DNA from: Octopus vulgaris
Taxonomy: Eukaryota
Assembly: GCA_951406725.2 (NCBI GenBank)
Contig: OX597817.1
Coordinates: 129,766,001-129,830,000, forward strand
Direction of reading: 5' to 3'
DNA length: 64,000 nt
The position numbers and the translations under genes are program-made. Numbering within the stretch: position 1 is the first letter of the stretch; the number at the start of each line of letters is the position of its first letter. The notes under the pieces are model-generated. The model saw only the letters and a list, made by a program, of their open reading frames with translations, made no database searches and had not been told where the DNA came from. Of this stretch, positions 23,386 to 36,228 are shown piece after piece.

Positions 23386-23832
23386 TTATTGAAACTAATT
23401 ATAGAATAAAAGAATGATATATAACCTCAGTTCATTTATTAAAGCTACCCACCACCTTTGTATGCGAATAATTGCCAACTGAGTCTGCGTGGGTCAGCGT
23501 AAACTCTTTCCCCCGCATGTATCCACACCACTAACTTAACTCATTGCTAAAATTCTCAACATGGGAGGATTATGGCTTTTACAATCATCAAAAATAGCAA
23601 CTCAATGAATATTCCAGAAAATTAGGCTAATCCTTTCTCTTCACAAAATCATCATATTTTCTTTCTTTCTTTCTTTCTTTCTTTCATCTTTTGTATTTAT
23701 CCGTTTTTGTTTAGTTCTTCTTGGAAATTCTTTGATATTAACTTTTTTTGTATTTATATTTCTTTTTCTTTTTTGTACAACACCCCTTCCTCCTCTAACT
23801 TCCAACTATTACTACTACAACTACTGCTGCCG

Positions 23833-23882
<50 letters not shown>

Positions 23883-24769
23883 CCACCTTATTGCCATTCT
23901 GCCGTTCTCAGTCTACCTAATACATTCATTATACATTTCCGATGTATAAATGAGACTTGGACTGTATGGCCCTGGGTTGATGCGAATGATCTTCTACGGC
24001 GTCTCTATATCTTCTATTCATCTTTTACGGCCTCATGTCCCTCCCGCCCTCCCTCTTCTTCTCTTTCTATTTCTGTAATGAACTTCCTTTCCGACATTAG
24101 TCTAGTCCACAGATTTTCCGATAATGAAACACTCCAATCCTTTAATCCACGTTTCATTTCCATTTATCCAGACTAATACCTAGGCGACCCAATAGACTGC
24201 TGCTAATAAGGTAATCACGTGTGATCCAAACGAAAGAGGCGGCGAGAGCAGTTTGTATAGTTTTAGAAAACAGCTGAACTTTCAAAGCAGATATTTCACT
24301 GTACGCGCGCGCGTGTATGAGAGACGGAGGAGGAAGATGACGAGCGAAAATAAAAGAGAGGGAGGATGAAGAGGATGAGCGAAAATAAAAGAGAGGGAGG
24401 ATGAAGAGGATGAGCGAAAGGGAGGAGAGAGAGAGAGAGAGAGAGAGAAGATGGGATGGTCAATGTTAATATAGACCAGAACAGCAGCAAAAAAACCAAG
24501 GCAAACCTACTCAACCTGCTAGAAATAGCACCCAAAAATCTCCCTTAAATTATACTCTGTCATTTTAAAAGGACACATTCTATAATGTAATCCTAGATGG
24601 AATATTTCTGAAAAATGATGAGTCGCACACAGCTAAAATGCTTCTGGTGTGTTGTATATGTAAGTCAGTGCTGACATGAGACACATCATCAAATAAACGA
24701 CCAGTGTGAGTGTGTGAGTGTGTGTGTGTGTGTGTGTGCATGTATGTGTGTGTGTATTAATAATTAATA

Positions 24770-25140
24770 ATTTGGGGGGAAGGGATGAGTCGATTACATC
24801 GACCCCAGTGTTCAACAGCTACTTATTTTATTGACCCCGAAAGAATGAAAGGTAAAGTCGTCCTCGGTGGAATTTGAACTCAGAACGTAGCGACGGGCGA
24901 AATACCTATTTCTTTACTACCCACAAGGGGCTAAACACAGAGGGGACAAACAAGGACAGATAAACGGATTAAGTCGATTACATCGACCACAGTGCGTAAC
25001 TGGTACTTAATTTATCGACCCCGAAAGGATGAAAGGCAAAGTCGACCTTGGCGGAATTTGAACTCAGAACGTAACGGCAGACGAAATACGGCTACGCATT
25101 TCGCCCGGTGCGCTAACGATTCTGCCAGATCGCCGCCTTA
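24770..25140 (-). mobile_element. Composite SINE family A (head + A1 body/tail + older A2 body/tail)
   Basis: Junction GAAATACCTATTTC at 24899-24912. The distal unit ends in the A2-type tail (CATCCCTTCCCCCCAAA on minus). Confidence 0.88.
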
Positions 25141-25807
25141 TATATAAACGTTAATAATAATCAGGAGAACAGAGATTTTTCCACATCTATAATTTTATTA
25201 AACAGTTATGTATGTATGTATGTATGTATGTATGTATGTATGTATGTATGTATGTATGTATGTATGTATGTATACATATACACACCTGTTATTGATTGAA
25301 TACAGGAACACAGGCCAAGTTGGGGGAACTTAATACCTCTGGAAGAGTTAGATGCAGTCTTCATGCAGTATTAGCGATACAAAAGGATGTTACTTAAATT
25401 TCGTGAAAGGGACCCATCTACAATTTGGTCGGCCAATACATCGAAGAACTCCCATTTCGCCCACTCAAGTGAGTGCTTATCATTTACTTCTAACCATTTA
25501 TTTGCTGGAGTTATTTAAATCCTAACGTCACGGACAATTTGAGATGTGAAAAACTATGTTAAATGATAAATAAAAGATTAAAACATGGAATGATCTCTCT
25601 AGAGTTTGAGATTAAGTACAAACTAAGTATCGAATATTCTTGTTTGATAGATGAGACTTTATGAGTAATATGAGTGGACTAACACAGCAGTGTGAATTAC
25701 AATAGATTGGGTTTTCGATGATTCATTCAGTTGGCGGGTTTTGTCCACATTTCTTGATGATTAAAAGGGAGCGAGAGAATGGGTGAGATAGATAGATAGA
25801 TAGAGAT

Positions 25808-25854
<47 letters not shown>

Positions 25855-25879
25855 TGAACAAATAAAGGATTTTGATTCT

Positions 25880-26035
25880 TATTTCAATCTTAATAAATAA
25901 GTACCAGGGCTTATTTTTCGACCTCGGAAAGATGGAAGGCAAAGTCGACCCCGTCAGTATTTGAATTCAGAACGTAGAGACGGACGAAATGCTGCTAAGC
26001 ATTTTGCTCGGTGTGGTAACGATTCTGCCAGCTTG
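25880..26035 (-). mobile_element. SINE family A fragment
   Basis: GATGGAAGGCAAAGTCGACC...TTTGAATTCAGAACG...GATTCTGCCAGCT. Confidence 0.8.
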
Positions 26036-26697
26036 ACGATGAATTAATTATAGAATACACAGCAAAGTCAGAGTTAAACAGTTTCGTTCAGATAGATATA
26101 CTTTTGGAATCCTGGAATTTGGAGATTTCCAAGAAAGGAGTAAAGCGGTGTTCGGGATTAGATTGGTGCATATTAGGATACATGCAAGGAACGCGTGAAA
26201 TATATCACGTGATCACGGTTTTAAAAATAAGCATCAGTCATTATTCTTCCGTTTCTGATTCACCCTCTCTTAGTTAACGAATACCATGGTAGCTAAAACA
26301 TTCAGATAAAGTTATGTTAATGACAACAGTAATGCTAATTAGGGTAATTATGTTAATTACACAAATTACTATTGCGTCCTGACATCCGATAAGCTCTTCC
26401 TATGGCTCATTGTCGACACTCGGAATTCTCGATAAAACTGAATTAATTAGCAGAAAGGATAACAAAAACGTCATCTACTACTATGCCAACAAGAACAACA
26501 GGAGCTACAAAAAACAAATCAGCATAAATAACAAAAACAACAACAATGACAACAATAATGAGGAAAGTAGCAGCAGGAGTAGCAGCAGTGACACTAACAG
26601 GGACAACAACAAAAACGACAAAAACAACAACAACCACGACCAAACCGATGGGAAGGGCTATTAAAAGACAAAGCTGGTAATCATAGACAGCCTTCAT

Positions 26698-26818
26698 TTG
26701 GCTATCATTATCATTCGCATGACTACCAAAGCCATCACTAAAAAGCACTGCCACCACCACCACCACCTCCACCACCACCACCACCACCACTACCACCACT
26801 ACCACCACTACCACCGCT

Positions 26819-26854
<36 letters not shown>

Positions 26855-26990
26855 TTCATCATCATTACCACCATCATTACCACCAAAACCACCACCATCA
26901 CCACCACCATCACCTCCGCCGCCATCACCACCACCACCACCACCACAACCACAACCACCACCACCACCACGATAGCCTCCATCACTGCAA
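26698..26990. repeat. (CAC/CAT)n trinucleotide repeat
   Basis: Directly visible. It gives the poly-His/poly-Val ORFs. Confidence 0.95.
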
Positions 26991-27279
26991 CTTTCTTTGT
27001 TCTGTATAGAAGTAGGGAGAGGAAAAGGGAAAACGAAGAAAGACAAAGAAAGAGAGGGGGTAGAGGAGGGAGGGAGATGTAGAAAGAGAAGGGAAATGAG
27101 AGGGGCGTAAAGAACGAGAAAAATACAGTACATAGAGAGATGTAACAAAATTCGAAGAAACGTGAGATGATCCGCATTGGTAACAATCAGGTCCTGGAAA
27201 CGTTTCGCTGGAAAGTTTTTAAAGTGCAATGGATGTAAAGATGGCTTTGTAGATACATAGATAGATATATCGATATAAG

Positions 27280-27690
27280 TGCAGACGTGGATGTGTGGTA
27301 AGAAGCTTGCTCCCCAACTACATGGTTCCGGCTTCAATCCCATGGTATAGTACCTTGGACGAGTGTCTTCTACTACGGCCTCAGGCCACCCAAGGCCTTG
27401 CGAGGGGATTTGGTAGATGGAAACTGAAAGAAGCCCGTCATATGCGTGAGTGTATACACACACACACACACACACAGACACAGACATTCTTTTATTTGTT
27501 TCAGTCATTTAACTGCGGTCATGCTGGAGCACCGCCTTCAGTCGAGTAAATCGACCCCAGTGCTTATTCTTTGCAAGCCTAGTACTTATTCCATCGTTTT
27601 TTTTTACCTAACAGCTAAGTTACGGGGACGTAAACACACTAGCATCGGTTGTCAAGCGATGTTGGGGGGGGGGGGGACAGACACACAAAC
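27280..27690. mobile_element. Two oppositely oriented SINE family B halves (5' half on +, about 27280-27445; 3' half on -, about 27490-27690)
   Basis: GTGTGGTAAGAAGCTTGC...GAAAGAAGCCCGTC on plus, and CAGTCATTTAACTGCGGTCATGCTGGAGCACCGCC matching the reverse complement of the tail. Confidence 0.8.
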
Positions 27691-27692
27691 AT

Positions 27693-27725
<33 letters not shown>

Positions 27726-27911
27726 CATATGCATATATTATAAATACACACTCACACATATACACGTATACACACACACTTTGAGACTTTTTCATTTCCC
27801 GAGCGTTAAACTAATACTTCTGTTTGTTGTCTACACCACCTGTCTTCGTCTTTTGTTTTTTGTGAATTCTCCCCCTACATATATATACACAAGCGCTTAT
27901 AGATAGATAGG

Positions 27912-27988
<77 letters not shown>

Positions 27989-27989
<1 letters not shown>

Positions 27990-28534
27990 TGTTTCTTTAT
28001 TAGCCACACAGGGCTGCACACAGATAGAACAAATTACAAGGTAGAGCTTTTCTTTTGGGGGTAAAAAAAGGGAGTGGTGGTTTTCGATCAAAAGGGTCGT
28101 AAAAGGAAAGAAAGAGGACAAAAAAAAGGGAGGGGTTAATTAAAAAAGAAAAAAAAAGGTGGGGGGAGAGCAAAAAAATTGATCAATAGGGATCGTTATC
28201 ACAGAAATGTCAATATGAAGTGTAAAAGGGAGAACAGGTGAGGTTTACCCGTGGAAAGAAAAGCTTACGGAAAAGACCACGGTAACCTCGGTCAATGAAG
28301 TCACATGTTATATTTCTTCTTTTTTTTTTTTGCAAATAAGCAACTCTCTGTATTAATTTTTACGGTTCATAGAATCATAGTCAAGGTGGCTTCGTCATTC
28401 ATACGTGCCATCCTTGCTACATTCACCCATCTTTTTTTAAAACATTCACTAAACAAAACTTGCCTCTCTACTCTCACTTTCCTCTTCAAGTGATACTTGA
28501 AGAAGTTGATGAGAGATTGACCAGAGAGGAAAGT
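27989..28534 (-). mobile_element. 5'-truncated L1/Tx1-like LINE 3' end inserted in (GATA)n
   Basis: Minus ORF end FLSGQSLINFFKYHLKRKVRVERQVLFSECFKKRWVNVARM...* (F...W motif typical of L1/Tx1 ORF2 ends), then a 3' UTR with AATAAA. (GATA)n lies on both sides. Confidence 0.65.
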
Positions 28535-28617
<83 letters not shown>

Positions 28618-28639
28618 TAGTATATACATAAATATAAAA

Positions 28640-29080
28640 TTGTGGCAGACAAAAAATTGATAGACACCGAGGCCAAAGAATTAAGAACCTACAGTATGGT
28701 AGAAGCCATAGCCACTCATAATAAAATGGAGTACTGTTGGAATGTCCCAGTGAAAACCTTAATAAAATGTAAACATAATAGTCCTGATATAGTAATTTGT
28801 GATAGAGAAAAGCAAGTGTGTACAGTCGTGGAAATTAGCTGCTCAGCGGATGTTAACATAAGGCTAAAGATCAACGAAAAATAAAATACCTATGCTGAAC
28901 TATTGAAGGATCTACAGCTACTCTATCCAGATTATAAGCGCAGGTTTATACCTGTAATTATTGGGGAGGGAATAGGATATGTAATACACTGCCTAAATAC
29001 CAATCTTGAAAAATTAGGCTTCTCAAAACCAGGAAGGCGAAAGCTGATTCAAAGACTTTTCCAGAAGTTTATTATTTGAT
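28640..29080 (+). mobile_element. RLE-type (R4-like) LINE 3' fragment, restriction-like endonuclease domain, pseudogenised
   Basis: WNVPVKT..KCKHNSPDIVICDREKQVCTVVEISC.AD.N...K..EK*NTYAELL..LQLLYPDY...FIPVIIG, a PD-(D/E)xK RLE motif. Confidence 0.85.
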
Positions 29081-29084
29081 TATA

Positions 29085-30375
29085 CGAGGGACGTTCAATA
29101 AGTAATGCCTCTGACCCACTTGCATTTATTTGATCTAGCTGAAATTTTGCATGTGCAATTATTTATATCTCTATAAATTAAGTGGCAAATTACAGCTCTG
29201 AACTAATTGTGGTGTCTGTTTTACAGGTGTTTGAACTGAGTCAAGTGTGAAATGGAGCCTGTTGAGTGTCGAGCAGTGATCCGGTTTTTGTATTTGAAAG
29301 GACGCACACCACGAGAAACTTTTGATGAAATGAAAGGAACTTATGATGATGATGCCCCATCATATGACCTTGTAAAAAGTTGGCATCGTGAATTCAAACA
29401 TGGTCGGAACTCTGTGGAAACAGTTCCCAGATCTGGTCGCCCCCTTCTGCCATTGATGAGGCATCTGTCCGTCAAGTTGAGGCTGCCATTTTGGAAGATC
29501 GACGCATAACTATTCGCCAAATAGCCGATGAGGTCAAGATTAGTGCCGGGTCTGTGGAAACTATCATTCATGACCATTTGCATATGCAAAAGGTGTCTGC
29601 CAGATGGATTCCCAGGTTGCTCACACCTTTCCAGAAGCATGAACGTGTCGAGTGCTCGAGGATGAATTTGGAGATGTGCCAAGAAGAAGAGTCAAAATTT
29701 TTCAAAAGACTGATTACACAGGATGAAACCTGGGTCCATCACTATGATCCAGAGACCAAAGCCCAGTCAATGCAGTGGAAGCACCGTGACTCACCTCCTC
29801 CAAAGAAGGCAAGTGTGCAGCCCTCCGCTGGCAAGGTCATGCTCACAGTCTTCTGGGACCAGGACGGAGTAGTGATGACAGATTTCCTGGCAAAGGGTAC
29901 CACAATTACAGGAGCCTATTATGCTTCACTTTTGAGGAAATTAAGAGAAGCTATCAAAATCAATAGGCGGGGCAAGATCAGCAAAGGCATCCTCCTCCTG
30001 CAGGACAACGCTCCGTTCCACAACTCGCGTGTCGCCAGATCAGAAGCACAGGCGTGCGGCTATGAACTCCTCCCCCATGCCCACTACTCTCCTGACCTTG
30101 CACCGTCTGATTTCACCTCTTCTCAGTCATGAAGTTGTTTTAGAAAGGAAAGCGTTTCCCAGGTGATGCAGCCTTGATTTCTGAAGTCCCGTCGTGGTTG
30201 GAGGACCAAGCTGGGGTCTTCTACAAAAACGGTCTCCAGAGCTGCATCAAACGATGGGAGAAATGCATAACTCTGGGTGGTTCATATGTAGTTAAAGACT
30301 AATAACTGTGCCAAGTTTTATTGCTCTACTGCTATGGGAAATGGGTCAGGGGCATTACTTATTGAACTCCACTCG
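29085..30375 (+). mobile_element. Mariner (Tc1/mariner DD34D) DNA transposon, full length
   Basis: About 34-bp TIRs (left CGAGGGACGTTCAATAAGTAATGCCTCTGACCCA; right reverse complement CGAGTGGAGTTCAATAAGTAATGCCCCTGACCCA), TA TSD at 29083-84 and 30376-77, length 1291 bp. Confidence 0.95.
29252..30302 (+). pseudogene. Mariner transposase pseudogene (irritans/Hsmar2-like)
   Basis: N-terminal HTH, WIPRLL (WVPHEL-type), ITQDETW, LLQDNAP and YSPDLAPSDF motifs. Frameshifts near 29445 and 30113 and an in-frame stop near 30140. Confidence 0.93.
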
Positions 30376-31509
30376 TATATGAGAATACATGAGCATGTCT
30401 AGCAACTATATGCATGATAATACATAACATAAAACAAAACATACAAATCTACACATATACACACATGTATGTATATACATACATACATGCATACATACAA
30501 AAATACCCTGTTGATGATGTTGAAATTCCAATGAAGGAGCCTTGGATCTAGGTTAGAAACAGGCTCTTTCTTTATTGAAATAAAACTAAATAATGACATA
30601 GATTGATAGATAGATAGATAATTAGATAGATAGAAATATAGACACATAGATAGATTGATACATACATACATACATACATACATACATACATACATACATA
30701 CATACATACATACATACATACATACATACATACATACATACATACATACATAGGTAGATGACGTTTAAAACATTTATCATTGCTGTGGTGAAGCTAGTAG
30801 AAATACTTCACCAAACCCAAGTGGATAAGTAAATAGATAGTCGTTCTTTTATACATTTATTAGTGCTGTGCCAATGCCAGCAGAAACCCTGTTTCAAGTA
30901 CAACATTGAAATTATTCCAAGCCAATTATTCACAACTTTGGTTAGTCAGTGTATCAAACATGGTTTACAGAGATCGATAAATATCTATTTCATACTTCAG
31001 CTATTTTTACAATGCTCATCGTGGGTGTTTATGTGAATTTATGAGTACGTACGCTTAAACATTTAAACACTTACGCACACATACATGCACACACTCATAT
31101 ACATACGTACATGCATGTATATACGTATATGCATTTACGTATAAAGAAGTCCGTCCTACATATATATATATATGTGTGTGTGTGTGTGTAAGTATATATG
31201 TATATGTTGCTTACTTTCCGTGGTGTCCTGTGTCCATATATACTTGTATATACAAATATATGTATGTACATATATGTGTGTATGTATGCATATATATATT
31301 TATATATTTTTATATTATTATATGATTGAATGCCACGCATCCATTTCAAAGTAAGTTTATTCTTATATATATATATATACATATTAATGCATGTATGTAT
31401 GCATGTATGTATGTATGTATGTATGTATGTATGTATGTATGTATGTATGTATGTATGTATGTATGTATGTACGTATGTATGTATGTATATTTACGTGTAT
31501 GTGTCTCTG

Positions 31510-31700
31510 TGTCTGTGTCCCCCCATCCCATTGCTTGACAACCGATAGCCATGCGTTTATTCTTACTTAGCAGTTCGGCAAAAGATATTAAATACTAAGC
31601 TTACAAAGAATATGTCCTGGGTCTATGTCTTTGACTGAAACCTTTAAAGCAGTACTCCAGCATGGCCGTAGTCAAATGACTGAAACAAGCAAAAGAATAA
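31510..31700 (+). mobile_element. SINE family B 3' half
   Basis: GCTTGACAACCGAT...GTACTCCAGCATGGCCGTAGTCAAATGACTGAAACAAG. Confidence 0.8.
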
Positions 31701-31740
31701 AAATAAAAGTATATAATATATATATATATGTATATTATAA

Positions 31741-32080
31741 TCTCTATATATATAAAGCTGAAGGTTTGGTAGACTTCAACTAACTCTATCTCCTCCGAGA
31801 CCCTGCGGTGCAAGTTGACCAAAATTGAGAGTATGATAGAAGAAATCGGACCATGTTAACACCTAAAATTATTTACATCAAAAATGTGCTTTGTTTCTAT
31901 GAAAATCCCTATTTTTTTACGATTTTTTGACTGCTGTGTCACCATTTTACGGTGTATTTCAACCAGAACAATGTCACTTAAAGAGAATAACAAGATACAT
32001 AATGTAAAATTTTTACTTTTCAAAAATTCCAAATCTAAAGGGTCGAAACAAACCCGAGCAACGCTGGGCGATACTGCTAG
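31741..32080 (+). mobile_element. Non-autonomous Helitron
   Basis: A|TC 5' end (TCTCTATATATATAAAGCTG), subterminal hairpin CCCGAGCAACGCTGGG (32053-32068), CTAG|T 3' end, no TSD. Confidence 0.85.
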
Positions 32081-32091
32081 TATAATATATA

Positions 32092-32162
<71 letters not shown>

Positions 32163-32879
32163 CAATTAAACAACTAAAACTTACAATAATTCAAATTGGG
32201 GTGAAATTTGAAAAATTCAAAATTTGGGACAGGTTGAGGTAGGGATTTCAGATTTGGAAAAAGCGGTTTAAAAAAAATTCGAAAAAAGTACAAAATTTTA
32301 AATGGAATTTGAGAAGGTGTTTTTTTTTTTATACATATTCGCAATCTTCGACATCTAAAACGTAGGAATCTGAAGAAGTTTTTTCAAAAGAAAAAAAGAA
32401 AAAAATGGCATTTTTCGATATACATAAAACAACAGTTTTTTTTTTATGTTGAAGTTGATGTGATATGTATTTCATCTACGAAACACTGAGTTGCTTTTTT
32501 TCATAAGGGTTTTTGTGGTTTCTTTACATTATATGTGTATATATATATATGAATGTATAACAAGTGCAGCTTCGAAGATATTTGTTAGCTATTCAAGGAA
32601 AAAAAACCGTTAGATTCACTTCAACATTTAGTTTTCAAAGAAAATGGCGTGGAAGATGTTTGTAAGCCATTTAAGAACACACACACACACACACGCTCAA
32701 AAGCAAAAAGACGTTAGATTCACTTCAACATTTAAATTTGTGTTAAACTATTTCCGTCGTTTAATTAATTATTACAATATCAGGATGTATAGTAAATTGT
32801 TGTCATAAAATGGTATTCCGAGTTTCAATAGTCCGTGCATGTCACCTTCCACATAAATATATAAAAGAATGTAGAGGTG

Positions 32880-34140
32880 TTCTAAAGCTGGAACAATGCG
32901 AGAAGGTACGAAGTAAACAAGACAACAGAACAAAGTTCGGTTTTACCCTGTATTTCTACATTTGGGGTGAAGACTCCTTCTTCAGGACATTCGGAAAAGC
33001 GGTGGCTGGAAAAAAATTTTGTTGCTCAGATGTGGGAGGTGGGGGAGTCACTGGAGGAAGGAGGAAGGTGACACACGTGGACTACTGTTGCTATAGCAAC
33101 CAGTCTGCTTCGTGTAGTTCTTTCCTGTCATTAATGACTGGTTTCAATTTGTTTATAAAGAAGGCTTCCATAATTCTGAGATTGCCCCTGTGCGTTGGAT
33201 TGCCTTGATGGAAATTTTGAAGTTCCGGGTTTGGCACTTCTTGATGTGTTTCTTTATCGAAGTGTCTGTCGCATATGCTCCTTCATAGGATGTGTAGTTT
33301 CCTAGTGGTCCTCCCTATGTAGGATGCTCTACATTTATTTCAACCTTCCTAGTATACTATATAGGCCATCGAACATATTTTGATGTCGTTGATGGGGCAG
33401 TTGATGAGTACGCATTCCCACGATGCTTTCTGTGGTATTTTTCCTCGACAGAACCTTCCTCAGAGATAAGCCGGTGTGTACCAACTGTATGTTAAGTCCC
33501 TGCTTGCGGATGGCATGTTGGATAGCTGTTGTTGTTCTGTCGTCGAAGTAAGGAAGTCTAAGAAATCACTTTTCTGACCCGATGCTATGGGGTTTCTTGT
33601 GTTGTTTACCCGCTTTTGCGCTTCGTGGATGCAATCGTTTAGCTACAGATGGCAGATAGCCGTTGTGCGCTAAGTTCGTGAGTAATTGCTTGGTGTTGGT
33701 GGATTTGTTGGTCACTTCACTACATCTCACTCTTATGCGTGTTATCTAATTTTGTATGTATGCAGCTTTGGATCTGGTGGGCAGGGCCGAATCGTAATGC
33801 ACGAACAGAATTTTACTGGCCAAATTTAAAATTAAAATTCGTGTAGATGCAACCCTCCTCTTTGATCCTGATTTAGAAATCCAGTAGATAGAGGGTCCTG
33901 GAATCCTCTGGGTGTTCAATCACGAATTTTATGTGACTGTTAACGTTGTTGAATTTTTCATGTATGGTGTTCGCTTCTTCTCGGGAGGGGCAAGCGTTAG
34001 GATGTCGTCGCCGTACCTACAGAAGAAGACGCATGAGTGGTAGGTGTTAAGCGCCGTACGTTTGAGCTGGTCCATGTACGAGATGGCTAGCAGGCCTGAG
34101 AGGCTCGATCTCTTCGGTAGTCATGAGATCTGTTTAAATA
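32880..34140 (-). mobile_element. Penelope-like element relic (RT + C-terminal GIY-YIG + 3' pseudo-LTR)
   Basis: Minus translation FKQIS*LP..SSLSGLLAISYMD...FFCRYGDDIL (about 34140-33990) and C..AYIVY....KCRASYIGRTTRKLH...KEH (about 33400-33270). Multiple stops. Confidence 0.85.
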
Positions 34141-35229
34141 TCTCATGACGTGTATTTATATATATATGCGTGTGTGCGTGCGCGCGCGCGCGTGTGTGTG
34201 TGTGTGAGTGTGTATGTGTTTGTGTGTGTGTATACATGACATTTGACGTTATTACTGAACTTTATCATTTGCACCACAAATCCAATGAAACCTGCAATAC
34301 ATCAATGAAAACTCAAAACATACTAGAGCCGTAATCAAATCCATAGATTGTAATGTTTCATCTTGAATATCTAGACTATCATCTGACGAGATTTTCTTAC
34401 AGAATTCAGAATATCCTTATATTATAAGCCAGGGCAAGATATACCAAGAATATGTATTATATTCCAGAAAAGAATACCGAGAATACACCTAAGAACAGTG
34501 GACTACACATGCAAGAAACTAGACATAATAGACAGCAAAGTAATAATATGAATTATGATAATGAAAATAGGACAGAATTGTTATAACACAGAGAATAGTA
34601 GAAAAAAAAGTTTAAAAAATAGTCCACAAAGCGAGTAGCGATACTTGAATTCAGATAAAAACGCAAATTGTTTATTTAACTCTACTTTTCGTGAATGCCA
34701 TGGTAAATACCTAGATAATTCGCACAATTTTGCTCCCATTTAGGCACATATAAGAAGACTGAACATAGGGAAGAATCGCAACATTTCGTACAACCGCCAC
34801 TGTCGCCGCCGTCACCGTCATGTATTGTACGCTTATGCAGAGCATAGATGACACAATAGCTATTCCTGATTAAGCGCGAGTACTCTTATCGGAGGAAACC
34901 ATAGCGTTACTTCGTTCTGACTTTCTCATAAAGTTTTCTTGATAGAGATATTTGGGTTGTTTTCCATTGCCTTCTCTAACTGGATGGCCGTTGGCCAACA
35001 AGAAGTTCATCTGCTCTTCCACAGGTATTGTCTTTACTCCTACTGGGTGTCCACACACCCTCTTCACAAGCTATTCAAGAGAGGGAGCCAGTTTAGTCAC
35101 CGACCACTCGACCATGGAGCAGGTAATATTTGCTTACATAGTACCAGTAGGGGGTTTCATCAGTCTTTGATGAGATCCATGACCTGGTTATACAACCGTG
35201 AAGGAACAAAACTACTTAAAACAAATATG

Positions 35230-36020
35230 AAATCAAAATTTATAGAACTAGATGATATTATAGAAATATCACATGTTGTAAATGCTCCATACAGTATTCA
35301 GTCAGATACGGACATTTCGGAAATTTTCTTTACGACATTAGACAAATATTTCTTTCCTCTAGCAGATGTAGTAAGACATTCAATAAACAAATACATAATG
35401 AAATTTGCATATTCGACTAAACCTAATTTGGTGGATACTATGGCAATTATTCACAGTAAGAAACTGAATACTATTGCGTAGATTTATTTATTCAAACTGT
35501 TTAAACCAAGCTGGGTCTGTTACAAATAATAGACATATAGTAAAAGAAAATGGCAATGAAAATATTTTCTCTTAGTAATAACATCAACACTAGTATAGTA
35601 AGAAGCCTTTTATGGCTACATAGCTAATAGAATGTGTAACTGTAGGAACCGTAATAAATGCTCTTTGGATAACCAATGTCTGAAGAATAATTCAGTAAAT
35701 AAGTGCTCAGTTAAAACACACTGAGAATGTCCATTATTACATAGGTGTTACCGCTTCCAAATTCAAGGTGAGATACATAATTATTTTTATCTTTTTAAAT
35801 ACAAAAGAAAAGAGAACTGCACTTCGTTGGTGAAGTTCATCTTGGACTACAAAGGGGGAAATATAAACCACGCCATTTCACTGTGTATCGTAGGTATTCC
35901 TTTTCCTTACAGACGGGACAGTGATAGCTGTAAATTTAACTCAGTAGAGACGCTGGAAAATTAACAATTGTATATTTGTAGATCTAATATGATTAATCAG
36001 CGTAACGAGTTATTAATAAA
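35230..36020 (+). mobile_element. Penelope-like element 3' relic with GIY-YIG endonuclease (C-terminal EN type with CxC...C linker)
   Basis: NAPYS...FF..LDKYF...AYSTKPN...IHSKK; CNCRNRNKCSLDNQCLKNNSV; YYIGVTASKFKVRY; PY....SC....E...INQRNEL. Confidence 0.8.
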
Positions 36021-36228
36021 ACTTTCTTAAAATTTCTACATAACTTCCCCAATTCTAAGATAATTGTCTGTGTTCACTTCTTCGAGGATTCTCTCCCAGC
36101 ACTTAAATTATCTCTCATGTAACATACCAAAAACTTGTGTCTAAATTAATCTTTAATCTAATCATTAACTGTTGCATCTAATTTCATTCAATTTAACAGT
36201 AGTGAGCCTAATATTATTTAGAAGGGTG

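Noticed and set aside
26443-27508. Poly-His, poly-Val and Gly/Asp-rich ORFs
   Set aside because: (CAC/CAT)n microsatellite plus SINE sequence.
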